From: an uncultured virus (IMG/VR IMGVR_UViG_3300028840_007457)
Taxonomy: Duplodnaviria; Heunggongvirae; Uroviricota; Caudoviricetes
Virus record (IMG/VR): IMGVR_UViG_3300028840_007457
Reading direction: 5' to 3' (one strand)
DNA length: 64,000 nucleotides
Part shown: piece after piece, positions 32,167 to 42,324 of the stretch
Position numbering within the stretch: position 1 is the first letter of the stretch
Layout: each line of letters opens with the position of its first letter
The notes under the pieces: model-generated
What the model was told of the DNA's origin: nothing
Seen by the model: only the letters and a program-made list of their open reading frames with translations
Database searches by the model: none
Made by a program: the position numbers and the translations under genes

Positions 32167-32191
32167 GGGGGTATTTTACAAAGAGAGGGCC

Positions 32192-32230
32192 AAAAAGGTG
32201 AAGGCCCCAGGAAAATTCCCAGGGCCTTCA
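32192..32230 (-). terminator. intrinsic terminator
   Basis: TGAAGGCCCTGGGAA/TTCCTGGGGCCTTCA stem followed by CCTTTTT. Confidence 0.7.
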
Positions 32231-32252
32231 GGGGGAAGGAAAGTGGCAGGAA

Positions 32253-32774
32253 TTACGCGACGGCCCAGAAGCCCACCTCGTCACCCTTCTTGACCTCACC
32301 CTTCTTCTTCAGGGCGGACAGGGTGACGGCGACCGTCTTGGCGTTGTCGGTCACACCCTCGGTCTCCAGCCGATGCTGCAGCTCGTTGACGTGCACGGGC
32401 TCGCCGTACTCGCGGAGCATGGAGACGATGACCGCCTTCAGCGGAGCGGCTGACTTCTTCTCGACCGTCTTCTCGGTCTTCGCCGTCTTCGCCTTGTTCT
32501 TCGAACCCTTCGGGCGACCGGGGCCGCGACGAGTGCTCGTCTTCGCCTTGTTCTTGCTGCCCTTGGGACGACCGGGACCACGCTTGACGGTGCGCTTGGC
32601 CTTCTTGGTTCCCTTCAGGGAGGCGATGACACGGTGCAGCTCCGACTCGTAATGGGAAAGCATTCCCTCCAGCTCGGAGATCTGCTTGTTCAGATCGTCT
32701 CGCTGTGCACGCAGGTCCGTCAGCGCGGTGGTGATGGTCTCGATGATGCTCGTCTTGTTGGTCTTGGTCTTCAT
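32253..32774 (-). CDS. nucleoid-associated-like protein: coiled coil, two AT-hooks and a C-terminal winged HTH
   Basis: RGPGRPKGSKNK twice; AGAAAGGA RBS before the ATG at 32774; strongly GC-rich codons. Confidence 0.75.
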   Translation of the reverse strand: MKTKTNKTSIIETITTALTDLRAQRDDLNKQISELEGMLSHYESELHRVIASLKGTKKAKRTVKRGPGRPKGSKNKAKTSTRRGPGRPKGSKNKAKTAKTEKTVEKKSAAPLKAVIVSMLREYGEPVHVNELQHRLETEGVTDNAKTVAVTLSALKKKGEVKKGDEVGFWAVA

Positions 32775-32851
32775 GGTTTCAGTCCTTTCTGGGTTTGTAG
32801 GAGTTTTAATTTCTCCAGTTGAGTTTTTTGTTTTTCTGTCTCTCACAATAT

Positions 32852-32882
32852 ATTTTGTGACTGAAGAAAGTATTTTCGTCAA
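32852..32882 (-). promoter_or_regulatory. promoter TTGACG..TTCAGTCA-CAAAAT
   Basis: Near-copy at 34524-34554. Confidence 0.5.
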
Positions 32883-32964
32883 GACTTTTTTGACTTTTAT
32901 TTTTATTTTTCTTCCCTCATTTATTTAATTGTTGAAAATTAAAAAGAAAGGAGAGAAATAATTT

Positions 32965-34482
32965 TTAAACGCACTGACCAGAAACACAATCTTGTGTGCT
33001 ACTACAGGTGATCGAGCAGTCACCACAATGTACAATATAATAACCGCCCGGAAAATCGTTGTACATTGCAATTCCATCAGAACAACAGGTTGGGTATTCG
33101 CCATTGGCTGGGGGCCAGCACTGTCCACCACAATAAGTATCGGTAGGATTACTACAAGGGCAATCTCCTGGACAACTACTATGAGACTCATTATTCCAAT
33201 CACAAATCCCATCACCACAAACAGACAAGGTGCATTCAGGATAGAAACATGGCGGACCACCAGAAATTCCAGGATCACAGTCTTCCCACTGAGATCGCAA
33301 AATCCCATCTCCACAATAACCCGCACAGTCAGGATTACACATTTCATGTCCAGATACTGACGGATCACAAATCTCGTAAGTACTGTTCCAAACTCCATCA
33401 CCACAGGAACCAGTACAATCACCATTGCAGATAGGGTCCAAACCAGGATCGCAGTTCTCAACCCCCGTCTGAACAAAACCATCTCCACAAGAAGCGGCAA
33501 GGCACGTTCCGCCAACACCATCAGGACAGGCATCTTCGTTGTTGCCGTTGCCGTCGTCGCAAGTCTCTGTATTTAAATTAGTGAAACCATCACCGCAAGT
33601 GGTAATTTGACAAGTACCCGCTGGTCCATCTGGACAAGCGTCGTTGACGTTGTTATTTCCGTCATCACAGGTTTCAACACCAACGTTGATGTACCCATCT
33701 CCACAAGTATTGAGAACGCAGATATTGAGACAGGCATCTTCGTTGGAACTGTTGGCATCGTCACAGGTTTCCGAGCACTCCACCACCCCGTTACCGCACT
33801 CTTCTACCTGACACGTCGAGCTGCAACCATCGCAAGGGGTGGTGTTACCGTCGTCACAACCTTCCCACGCTTCCACTGTTCCGTTTCCACAAGTTGCCGC
33901 TCCGACGCAACCAGAGGTGTTCCAAGTGCACGCAGAACAAGCCAATACCCCAGCTGGGAGACCAAAATCGGTGCAGCTCAGACTCCTAAGGTCCGTACCG
34001 TCACAAACCTCGTAACCCGGCCACGCTGGGTCAGAGCCTTCAGCTACTCCGTTACCGCAAGTTGTACAGTTTGTAAAATCCAACTCGCAACTCGAAGCGC
34101 AACTTAGCAGACCGGCTGTGAAGCCCTCACTGGCGCAAGTAGAACCACCCAGGTTCGAATCGTCACAGGCTTCGTCGTCATCAACAACACCATCACCGCA
34201 AGAAGGTAGAGTGCAAGTAGTTCGGCAGGCGTTAGGTTCCGTATCGCTGTTGGCAGCTCCATCATCACAAATTTCCCCCTCCTCAATATTCCCATTACCA
34301 CAAACAGGATTTGAATTGGAGTTGCTGTTGGTATTTTCGTTTCCGTTGTTGTTATTGTTGTTGGAAACAGCATCATTTCCAACCGCTGAGTCAGGGATAT
34401 CGTTACTGACCCCACTTCCAGCCCCACAAGCAGTCAAAAAGAAAACGAAAAAGGTGAGCAAAAAACTTCTGAAAATCAACAT
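32965..34482 (-). CDS. lipoprotein with Myxococcus cysteine-rich repeats (TIGR02232/DUF4215-like)
   Basis: LTA-C lipobox; about 11 CG(N/D)G..E.CD(D)G repeats. Confidence 0.85.
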   Translation of the reverse strand: MLIFRSFLLTFFVFFLTACGAGSGVSNDIPDSAVGNDAVSNNNNNNGNENTNSNSNSNPVCGNGNIEEGEICDDGAANSDTEPNACRTTCTLPSCGDGVVDDDEACDDSNLGGSTCASEGFTAGLLSCASSCELDFTNCTTCGNGVAEGSDPAWPGYEVCDGTDLRSLSCTDFGLPAGVLACSACTWNTSGCVGAATCGNGTVEAWEGCDDGNTTPCDGCSSTCQVEECGNGVVECSETCDDANSSNEDACLNICVLNTCGDGYINVGVETCDDGNNNVNDACPDGPAGTCQITTCGDGFTNLNTETCDDGNGNNEDACPDGVGGTCLAASCGDGFVQTGVENCDPGLDPICNGDCTGSCGDGVWNSTYEICDPSVSGHEMCNPDCAGYCGDGILRSQWEDCDPGISGGPPCFYPECTLSVCGDGICDWNNESHSSCPGDCPCSNPTDTYCGGQCWPPANGEYPTCCSDGIAMYNDFPGGYYIVHCGDCSITCSSTQDCVSGQCV

Positions 34483-34523
34483 GGTTCTTTCTCCTTCTAA
34501 AGGATAAATTACATTTCCCTCCT

Positions 34524-34554
34524 ATTTTTATGACTGAAAAACTAGTTTTGTCAA
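34524..34554 (-). promoter_or_regulatory. promoter TTGACA..TTCAGTCA-TAAAAA
   Basis: Shares spacer sequence with 32852-32882. Confidence 0.5.
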
Positions 34555-34568
34555 GGAAGAAAAGACAA

Positions 34569-35135
34569 TTAATCAGAGGAAGGAGTAAGTAAAGTTAGGA
34601 AATGTGAATCTACGGGGTGAGAGGAAGATGCCTCTCCGTCTCCAGAAATAATTGTAAAAGGGTATTTCTTTTTAGCTGGTTCTGATTCTTCATAAACTGT
34701 AGAGACACCCTCATTTTCTAATTCATTTCTAAGCTCTTCAAAGGGTTGGGCCAATCGTAGATGCCAATGATGAAGCAATGCCATAGGAGCATCTTCTGGC
34801 CAACCTCTCCCAATATCTCCTACTAATCCCATATAATAAATCGATTTCCAAGGTAAAGAACAAAAATACTCTTCTCGATTAATAGTCAGTGTAGCTTCGA
34901 CTCCTATATCAGAAAGGGTTAAATCTGGAATTGGATAGGGAGTATTCAGGCCAATACAGAGAACGACATTAAAAGCTTCATCCAAATCAGGTGGAAGTAC
35001 AACTTTTTCTTTAACTTTGGGGTTTATGTGCAAGATTACATTACCACCCTCTAACAAACTTTCAAGCACATGTTTTTTAATGGTACTCTTAACAGTGGGT
35101 TTTGCTGGCATTTTAATTCCGAGGTCCGAGTTCAT
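34569..35135 (-). CDS. sspB: ClpXP specificity-enhancing factor SspB-like
   Basis: V.LP..VL.IG..PIPDL..GVEATL..FC.LPW.SIY, plus an acidic tail. Confidence 0.7.
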   Translation of the reverse strand: MNSDLGIKMPAKPTVKSTIKKHVLESLLEGGNVILHINPKVKEKVVLPPDLDEAFNVVLCIGLNTPYPIPDLTLSDIGVEATLTINREEYFCSLPWKSIYYMGLVGDIGRGWPEDAPMALLHHWHLRLAQPFEELRNELENEGVSTVYEESEPAKKKYPFTIISGDGEASSSHPVDSHFLTLLTPSSD

Positions 35136-35676
35136 CAGCTTTAAGAGACTTATTCACAATCTCAAGAGCTGCCTTTTCTGCTTCTTTAATAGCATCTTCA
35201 ACAAAGTGAGAAAAACCTAGAGGATCTTCATGATCCTCTTCTCCTGTTGGGACTACATCCCAAAACCAATATGTATCCTTTTCATTTTTGAAAACTATGG
35301 CAGCACAAATAGGAGTAGGCTTAAATTTAACATCCTTAGCTTTAGCGGGATGATCATTAGCAGTAAAGATTCTACCATATTCATAACTATGGTCACTTTT
35401 CCAATTTTCAAAATAAGGTAGTCTTTCCAGGTGACAGGTCGGACAAGAGAAAAAACTCTCAACTTCACCTGGAGGAATTTTTGCTAGATGTGCCATCTTT
35501 TTAAGAGCAACTAGGATGTTGTCTCTGGTATTTAATTTAGGGTCTTCTCCGATTCCAGAAAGACCTGTAGATAAGTGAACTACTACAACCCCTTTAGGAG
35601 GTTCTTCCTCTTCATTTTGAGAGGGAAGATGAAAGTAAACAATTTTGAAATCGTCTTTACTCAAAGCTGTGCTCAT
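35113..35676 (-). CDS. protein with N-terminal class-I release-factor-like (RF-1) domain lacking GGQ
   Basis: DDFKI..GVVVVHLSTGLS..N..AL aligns to DLRID..AVRITHLPTGIV..N..A. Confidence 0.5.
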   Translation of the reverse strand: MSTALSKDDFKIVYFHLPSQNEEEEPPKGVVVVHLSTGLSGIGEDPKLNTRDNILVALKKMAHLAKIPPGEVESFFSCPTCHLERLPYFENWKSDHSYEYGRIFTANDHPAKAKDVKFKPTPICAAIVFKNEKDTYWFWDVVPTGEEDHEDPLGFSHFVEDAIKEAEKAALEIVNKSLKADELGPRN

Positions 35677-35842
35677 TGATATTTTCCTCTTCTTTAAAAA
35701 TACACTCTAAACAAATGTCCCTTGTTCGGCTCATCTCAATTCGATGCCTCTCTTTTTTACAAACCGAGCACACATATTTTTCTGGACGAGAAGCTCTGTG
35801 TCCAGTACAAAGGCGGTTTTCTGGCCTGTCCCGATATCTCAT
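35657..35842 (-). CDS. small zinc-finger protein
   Basis: CSVC..CLEC. Confidence 0.5.
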   Translation of the reverse strand: MRYRDRPENRLCTGHRASRPEKYVCSVCKKERHRIEMSRTRDICLECIFKEEENINEHSFE

Positions 35843-35857
35843 TTAAAACCCCTTATT

Positions 35858-36709
35858 TTATTTGTGAATCAAGGATACTTGATAATCTCTGCAGTAATCT
35901 GAAAAGGCACTCGCTCCAGTAGTTATACCTTTTTCCACACAGCCACCAGAGCCAAAAGCATTGCGACAAAGCTTGCCATTTCGTTTGCAAGGGTGGTAAC
36001 GAACAACACCTTGTGGTTCTCTACTACTGTTATAAAATCGTCGTCCAATCGAGCCTCGAAATGGGGTAGCCTTAGGAGTTTCCACGCATCTGTACACGAG
36101 TACCATGTCTACAGTAGCTTGTTGATTATCGAAAATTACCCACTCTTCGTTTAAGAGTCTACCACCCCAAGCTCCAGTCAGTGATCCTCTTCCACCTATG
36201 ACACTATGCTTGTCTTCCATTTCAGCTGTTTCGTAATAGTTTCCTGTTTGAGTAGCAAAATGAGGTTTTCCCAAAGCAACATAGCATTGAAGAACAAACT
36301 TCAAATGCTTATGCTGCCATGCGAACATAGCCGCTTTTTCAATGTTAGGAGCTAAATAAATTCCTGGTCCAAACATACCGTGTATGCTAGTCCAGCGATC
36401 TCGCTTTCGACGCTGAAAAGGCGTGAGTAATCCATCCACAGCAATGCTTTTAAGTGCAGCCTTATTGGTACCATGCCAAGCTTGTTTAATATTGCCAAGC
36501 TTCTGCATTGTGGGGGTGTGGTAAGAGTGTACTTTGTTTTCGAAAGCACATAAGAATTCGTAACCTTCTAATTGAGGTCCACGAAAAGAACTGCTAAGGC
36601 GATAACGACAACTGGAACCAAAAAGTTCCTGAACACTGGGCATCGAAACAGAAGGGTTACTTTTCGGTTTGGCCTTCCGTTTGGATTTCTTTTTGGATTT
36701 TTTCGACAT
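35858..36709 (-). CDS. PARP-like ADP-ribosyltransferase
   Basis: WHGT, GMFGPGIYLA, C.VALG and NEEWVIFD (H-Y-E triad). Confidence 0.85.
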   Translation of the reverse strand: MSKKSKKKSKRKAKPKSNPSVSMPSVQELFGSSCRYRLSSSFRGPQLEGYEFLCAFENKVHSYHTPTMQKLGNIKQAWHGTNKAALKSIAVDGLLTPFQRRKRDRWTSIHGMFGPGIYLAPNIEKAAMFAWQHKHLKFVLQCYVALGKPHFATQTGNYYETAEMEDKHSVIGGRGSLTGAWGGRLLNEEWVIFDNQQATVDMVLVYRCVETPKATPFRGSIGRRFYNSSREPQGVVRYHPCKRNGKLCRNAFGSGGCVEKGITTGASAFSDYCRDYQVSLIHK

Positions 36710-36980
36710 GATTTCTCACATAGTACGGAATTGGGAAATAGAGCAAGGGGCCTCCATCAACTGGATAACAGGCATAACCTGAAAAAGCACTGTTATGCCC
36801 ATTAAACAGTTCCCGTACATAGGAGCTGATCTGCCAGGGTGGGGGAAGGTGAGCAAAGCCTTTGCGGTTTTGTAATTTTTGATTCACTTCCCAACCGGTG
36901 AAGCGCTTACGCTTTCCCACCAGCTCGGAAATGACTTCTACTACAACTTTTTTTACAGCAATGTCCTGAAAATAACACAC
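36657..36980 (-). CDS. hypothetical protein
   Basis: GAAAGG RBS, promoter at 37008-37036. Confidence 0.55.
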   Translation of the reverse strand: MCYFQDIAVKKVVVEVISELVGKRKRFTGWEVNQKLQNRKGFAHLPPPWQISSYVRELFNGHNSAFSGYACYPVDGGPLLYFPIPYYVRNHVEKIQKEIQTEGQTEK

Positions 36981-37007
36981 GGGTCACACTTTCCTTTCGA
37001 TTTCTAA

Positions 37008-37036
37008 AATTTAGCAGATTTTCTTTGCGTTGTCAA
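37008..37036 (-). promoter_or_regulatory. sigma70-type promoter TTGACA-17-TAAATT
   Basis: Consensus -35 with extended -10 TG. Confidence 0.6.
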
Positions 37037-37045
37037 CTTTAAAAA

Positions 37046-37538
37046 TTATCTAAATCTGATAATTGGGACTACAATTATCAAGAAAAAAGCAGCAGCAGCT
37101 CCAAGTAGAGGAACAGCTATATCTAACGCTGTAGTTTTGGGAGGCTTTCTAACTTCTGTAAACTTATCTTTACAATGAATACAAACCCAAGAGTTGGTTT
37201 CGTCATCGTACTCGATATGACATATGCTGGTTTTATCTGCATCCATCTCTTCACCTTAAAAAAGTGTAAATCAATTTAGAAGTGTTGTTGCAGAGTACCT
37301 TCATCGGCACACCAAAATAAGTAATCTCGTATACACTTCTGTTTCTGCTTTTATTTTTGATGGGTTTAGGGTTCTCTTTTTTAAGCTGTGCAGTGATTGT
37401 TTCCAGGTCAGAGGGAGTTAGTCTGATACTAAATCTTTCCCAAGCTCGCAAAATAGCGTGTTCTTCTCGTCTACTTTCTTCAGTTTCAAAATTAAAACTG
37501 TAGGAAATTCCAAGTTTAGATAGCAATTTAGTCAGCAT
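37046..37538 (-). CDS. two small hypothetical genes (37046-37246 with TM; 37251-37538)
   Basis: Coupled ORFs. Confidence 0.5.
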
Positions 37539-37540
37539 GA

Positions 37541-37713
37541 GAGGGCATCTTAAAACACACGGATTGCAGGGTCTGAGACAACCGGGATCACTGCCGTAGA
37601 AAATTATTACAAGAAAACGGGGGTTTCGAGAGGATCAGTCTCATGAGCGATGTCATCTGGCAGCCCATTTTCTTAACTCAGATTGCGCTAAGGGCCAGCC
37701 GTGCACGACCCTC
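37541..37713 (-). ncRNA. putative rod-like structured RNA
   Basis: GC-richer intergenic gap with nested complementary segments GAGGG/CCCTC, CACGG/CCGTG and TCTGAG/CTCAGA. Confidence 0.4.
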
Positions 37714-37721
37714 CGACTGAG

Positions 37722-38159
37722 TTACTTGAACTCAATCAGAACTTTTTCCACCTTGTGAGGGTACTTCTTGTTGAACTCTTCCCACGATAAATCTATTCTC
37801 TCATTATTTTTGACGTTGGCGTACTCAACACCGTTTCTGTACTTGGTACCCCAAACATCATAAACGTAAACCACACTTCTGCCCCTGTGATCAGTGTAAA
37901 GACCAAAAGAGGGCTTAGCTTCACAGTCGAATTTTTTATTCACATCTTTGAACTGTACTTCTATTTTGTCAATTTTATGAGGAAAACGTATTTTAAATAG
38001 ATCAAGAGGAATTTCTTCTTGGTCTCCAGTTTTAACGTCCTCGTAATCCACAGTAAATTTAGGAGGGTTTAACCAGTTGTCTTGCCAAGAATCGAAAAGA
38101 TAAACAGTTTGCCTCCCACTGTTGTTGGTATAAAGCCCTTTGGCAATTGAATTTCTCAT
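37722..38159 (-). CDS. hypothetical protein, tandem duplicated domain
   Basis: GLYT..G..VY..W..(F/Y)PHK..(K)..EFK twice; paralogue of 39338-39631. Confidence 0.65.
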   Translation of the reverse strand: MRNSIAKGLYTNNSGRQTVYLFDSWQDNWLNPPKFTVDYEDVKTGDQEEIPLDLFKIRFPHKIDKIEVQFKDVNKKFDCEAKPSFGLYTDHRGRSVVYVYDVWGTKYRNGVEYANVKNNERIDLSWEEFNKKYPHKVEKVLIEFK

Positions 38160-38184
38160 AAGGTTTGTTCTCCTTGAAATTTGG

Positions 38185-38841
38185 TTAAAGCTCGTCAGCT
38201 CCTGGTACTTTGCATTCTATACAGTCACACTTTTGACCGTGTGTATCAGTCCAATCACATCTATCTTCCAACTCTTCAATTTCCTCACGAAGAGCTGCAT
38301 TTTCTTTTTCCAGCTCCAAAATATGATGGACAGCCCAATCGGTACTATCTCTAATAAGGCCCCTTATGATTTTTTCTCGTTTAGTCAAAAACTTCCCACA
38401 CTTCTCTGGGGTCTAGATCAATATCGTACCGGCGAGCCAGTTGAATTACAAACTCTTCAGTGAGATTAAATCCACCCGTAGTGCTCCGGTCGTGTTCTTC
38501 AACAAGGTTGTCGCCGTCAGGCATGTCGTACTTTGTATGGTCCCACACCTGAACAAAGGCCCCAATGGAGGGAAAGAGGTCAACACCAAAGGCCATACTG
38601 TACCGACCATTTCCTTTGACTTCTACCCTACTCACGTTAACCACTCCTCTTGCTCTTCTACTACAGCATGGCCCTCTTCTTCAGTGCGTCCACTATAAAC
38701 GAAGGTAAGAGGAGCTGCATTGGTCCTAAGACCTGCTTCAAATTTAAAACCAGGAAAGGCTTTTTTCAAAGCTTGGTGAGGAAAATTGGCTTCTACCAGC
38801 TTTCTCTCACCACGGTAGGAGACTTTGTACAAAAATGGCAT
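38185..38841 (-). CDS. three small hypothetical genes (38185-38388, 38381-38644, 38632-38841)
   Basis: Coupled ORFs after the promoter at 38852-38880. Confidence 0.55.
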
Positions 38842-38851
38842 GACAAAAAGT

Positions 38852-38880
38852 AGTATTACACAGTGCTAACAAGTTGTCAA
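38852..38880 (-). promoter_or_regulatory. sigma70-type promoter TTGACA..TGTG-TAATACT
   Basis: Motif family; about 10 nt from the ATG, so possibly a leaderless mRNA. Confidence 0.6.
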
Positions 38881-38888
38881 CAACTTTT

Positions 38889-39869
38889 TCAAAGCCAAAG
38901 GTGGCGAAAATAAGCACCAAAAAGTTGAAAACCTTCTTCTACTTGACTGTGCGTAGCCGTACTCTCGTCGTCAGCTCCAACATCATCGCCTCTTCTATCT
39001 ACAACAAATTGAAAAGAAAAGAGCATTTTGTCCAATTTTTCTTCCCACTCTTCGAAAGTCATATCAGCCGGATGACTGTAGACAACTTTTCTGAATCGTT
39101 GGAGACGTGGAAGAATTAAAGGAGCAAGATGATCACAAAGATCACTAATTTCATAAGGCACGTAGCCTTTAGTTAGAATAGTCTTGAATCCAGAAAAAAA
39201 GTCACTGTAGCTTTCTTTTTTAAGAAAACCCTGACAACAATAAGGCCACCGTTTGTAGTCTTCGTAGACCAAAGCTAGTAGGTAATCTTTAAGAAAATAC
39301 TTGATACTAGGCCAATTTAATTGATGAGCCAAAACAACTACTCCTCAAACTCTATTTTAATTTTTTCCACTCTATGAGGAAAATGTTTTAGAAATTCTTC
39401 CTGACCGCCGTAATAAGGAAACCCTTTCCAATCAGCTATGCGTTCAAAAGTACCACGAAGCATCTTACCATTTTTAACAATAGGGGTGTAGCAAACAGCA
39501 AAATCTTTAACAGGTTTGAGATCGTTACAAACTTCCCAAACGTAGACAACATCAGAACCAGTTTCATTGGTGTAGAGACCAAGAAAAATGGCCTGATGTT
39601 TTTCTTTTTTGGTGGTGCGGCGGGAAGACAAATCAGCATACCAATTTTCTAATTACTACATGAGGAGGTGTGCAATGCGAACAAGGGGAAAACCAATAAT
39701 CATGAGCAACGGGGGTCTCACAAATTAACCCGTTGCCTAGTTTTTTGGCTCCCTCGTGAAAAGGGTTAAAAACGGGTTTTCGTGTACCCAGCTTTAGGGG
39801 TTCTCCACACTTTTCACACGCGGGTGTTTCCACTTCACCCTTAACAGTGGCTTTGCGCACAATAGACAT
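38889..39869 (-). CDS. three hypothetical genes (38889-39332 conserved phage protein, 39338-39631, 39633-39869)
   Basis: LA..ILPRL..F..W...LD.M..F..G..LFG.YF..LW motif in the first. Confidence 0.6.
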
Positions 39870-39906
39870 AGGGCTTTCCTTTCTGAAAAGTTAATCGATG
39901 TTTACC

Positions 39907-40584
39907 TTAGCTATGAATTATTTTTTCTGCTTCCTTCTTACTGTATCGTTTTTTAACTTCATCTTTCCAGGCTTGAGTTTTGGTTTTGTAGAGAAGTAGT
40001 GTATTTCCTTTCCCTTTAGCTTTACCAACTACTCCTTCAAAACTAGCTTCAGGCTCTAAACCCTGATGAACTCGATTTATGAAATTAAAATTCCACTTCA
40101 AGTATCCCAGGTAATGCGGCCCTAATTCTCCAAACAGTTTTAGAAAATCAGTAGGTGGTAAAATGCCTTTTTTGTAAGGAGCTACGTCTATAACCGTTAG
40201 CGTCATCGTACCTCCAATTTCATGCAGGCCAGCAAAGCTTTGTGGTCCATAGTACTCGCAGAAAATCACAGCTCTCTGCCAACGATTATCTCTACAAATT
40301 TTCTCGCACTGGTCAGCCAAAGTTTCTTGAAAAATAAGGGGAGCTTTTCCAAAAATAGAATCACTTTCGTCTACAAGACGATGCCGGGTTCCAACTTTGT
40401 ACCAACCTTTTTTCTTGCTCCATTCAAATCTGAGATTGCTGCCGTCCAACTTAGCAAAGGTGTGAAGGTACTCCTTCAATCCTCCAAAGGGAGGATAAAC
40501 CATACTTGGGTATGTTTTCAAAACAGTTCTTCTTTCGTTTAAGTTTAAATACTTGATTCTGTTTACAACAATTTGAAGGCACAA
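39907..40584 (-). CDS. RNA ligase (Rnl2-like nucleotidyltransferase)
   Basis: Motif I KLDGSN, plus CEYYG, FEGVV and KTK; adjacent to the tRNA cluster. Confidence 0.75.
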   Translation of the reverse strand: MCLQIVVNRIKYLNLNERRTVLKTYPSMVYPPFGGLKEYLHTFAKLDGSNLRFEWSKKKGWYKVGTRHRLVDESDSIFGKAPLIFQETLADQCEKICRDNRWQRAVIFCEYYGPQSFAGLHEIGGTMTLTVIDVAPYKKGILPPTDFLKLFGELGPHYLGYLKWNFNFINRVHQGLEPEASFEGVVGKAKGKGNTLLLYKTKTQAWKDEVKKRYSKKEAEKIIHS

Positions 40585-40636
40585 TCTTCTTCATGATCTT
40601 TCTCCTTAAAACTTACTATTCTGATGGGTGAACTAA

Positions 40637-40709
40637 TGAGTCCTTTCGGGTTTGAACCGAAGACCTACGGATTAAAAGTCCGGTGCTCTACCAGCTGAGC
40701 TAAGGACCC
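40637..40709 (-). tRNA. tRNA-Lys(TTT)
   Basis: Cloverleaf; anticodon arm CCGGA CT TTT AA TCCGT; no encoded CCA. Confidence 0.92.
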
Positions 40710-40718
40710 AAAAATATT

Positions 40719-41211
40719 TTAAGCTTGATTCCACTTAGCGGTAGCTTTTTCAGGGCAATTAATATCTCTGCACAAATAAACTGCAAAAGCAGCTGAATCG
40801 TGCACCCAAAATCCCTCTCCATCCGGATCGTTTTGATATAAATTACAAGCGTGCTCCTTTTTGCCTGATTCTTGTAGAACAAAAGCTAAACGTGCACCTT
40901 CTTTTCCACAACAAGCACAGGTTACTTCTTCAGGAAAAGGGTTTTGCCAGGTTAAGAGGCAACCATCTACCCCATACTTAAGTTCGTGTTCTTTTACCAT
41001 AGTCATTCTCTTAGCCTTTCTTTTTCGGTAATTGAAACGAAAAGTGTCCAATCACTTTACCGTCTTGAACTTCCACAGAACACTCTCGCTTAACGTCGGT
41101 AATTTTGGCACCGTGATAGCGACGAATTTTGCCTGTAACATCTTCGGTTACAAAATCATCACCGTCCCAACCAAAATTGATAGCTTCGTAGGTTTCTTTT
41201 TCTTCTACCAT
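40719..41211 (-). CDS. two hypothetical genes (40719-~41000; 41011-41211)
   Basis: RBS before MVEEKETY; coupled ORFs. Confidence 0.55.
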
Positions 41212-41240
41212 GGTGCTTTGTTTCCTTTCTAAAATTAAAA

Positions 41241-41340
41241 CGGGAGACTGCTTCCAAAAGGAAACGCAGCTCCCGCCGTCAGGGGATTGGCCCACCCCGT
41301 TGACAACCCCGTGAGAGCAGTTGAGCCTGATCTCTCACGG
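41241..41340 (-). ncRNA. three-hairpin leader/small RNA
   Basis: CCGTGAGAG/CTCTCACGG, GTCA..GGGG/CCCC-TGAC and CGGGAG..CTCCCG stems starting right after the promoter at 41350-41378. Confidence 0.45.
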
Positions 41341-41349
41341 ATTAAGAAA

Positions 41350-41378
41350 AGGCTAACACAGAGTAGTGGTAAAGTCAA
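41350..41378 (-). promoter_or_regulatory. promoter TTGACT-17-TAGCCT
   Basis: Motif family (TGTGT before the -10). Confidence 0.55.
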
Positions 41379-41386
41379 CTTCTTTT

Positions 41387-41459
41387 TGGGCGATACAGGG
41401 TTTGAACCTGTGACTTCAACCGCGTAAAGATTGCACTCTGCCAACTGAGTTAATCGCCC
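41387..41459 (-). tRNA. tRNA-Val(TAC)
   Basis: Cloverleaf; CAATC TT TAC GC GGTTG. Confidence 0.9.
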
Positions 41460-41528
41460 AGAAAAATTGTACACCCTCTACAAAGTCGCCACGAGAGCCC
41501 AACTGCTTGTCTCTCGCTAAACATTATA

Positions 41529-41618
41529 TGGAGTGTTGCAGGATTTGAACCCACTTTTGCCTGGCAGGTATGACCCGTTAGCCACTAGCCGTGTTGCCAT
41601 TTAAACACTATACACTCC
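41529..41618 (-). ncRNA. atypical tRNA-like RNA
   Basis: Acceptor GGAGTGT/ACACTCC, D arm and TTCAAAT T-loop, but no canonical anticodon arm. Confidence 0.55.
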
Positions 41619-41773
41619 GCACTAGTTTTTGTATTTATAGATCAACTTACCACACTTGAGACACTTCCACAATTTTTCTCTAAGTGGTTTTGTTACTTTC
41701 AATGGTTCCATGGGAAAACTGCAACAACATGGATTCGGCAGTAAATCCTTCAAAGGTTTTTCTTTTTTCATTT

Positions 41774-41845
41774 TTGAGGCGGGAGGATTCGAACCTCCAA
41801 TGCCGAACACCAAAAATTCGTGGCTTACCGTTTGCCTACGCCTCA
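41774..41845 (-). tRNA. tRNA-Gln(TTG)
   Basis: U1-A72; CGAAT TT TTG GT GTTCG. Confidence 0.9.
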
Positions 41846-41866
41846 AAGAAACAATACTATTAATAA

Positions 41867-42064
41867 TTATTCCATTTTAGAAGCTTCTACTTCCTCAAAA
41901 TACAAATCTTGCTCTTCCTTACTCAACTCCTCCCAAGGTGGACAGTCACAAACAAGCATGTCTACTCTGTGATTAACATAAGGGTCGTTTGTAAATTTTG
42001 GAAAATCGGTGCCGTCTCCAATAACCTCTTTTACCAATTTTTCTTGTTTTTTAGTTAGCTTCAT
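41867..42064 (-). CDS. hypothetical protein
   Basis: AGGT RBS. Confidence 0.55.
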   Translation of the reverse strand: MKLTKKQEKLVKEVIGDGTDFPKFTNDPYVNHRVDMLVCDCPPWEELSKEEQDLYFEEVEASKME

Positions 42065-42091
42065 TTTTCACCTTTAATAATTTTTAAAATT

Positions 42092-42291
42092 GAGCCCTGT
42101 GTGAACGAACAACCAAGCCCCACACACCACTGAAGGAGGGATCGGTGCCTAGAAGCCAACCTAGGAAAAGCCTAGTTTGCCGTTCTGTGCACCTTCCTAC
42201 TACCCCAGAGTCATCTTCAACGCGGTGTGTGCACGACCCATTGAAGCTCACTGGCGCTGGTTAAGCCTTTCTTCCGGGCTCCCGAAGAAAG
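42092..42291 (-). ncRNA. 200-nt rod-like RNA (6S-like candidate)
   Basis: GAGCCC/GGGCTC ends; CACACACC/GGTGTGTG and TGAAG/CTTCA pairing. Confidence 0.45.
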
Positions 42292-42324
42292 CTGTTGTCG
42301 TTGGTAAAGTACCAACCCAACATT

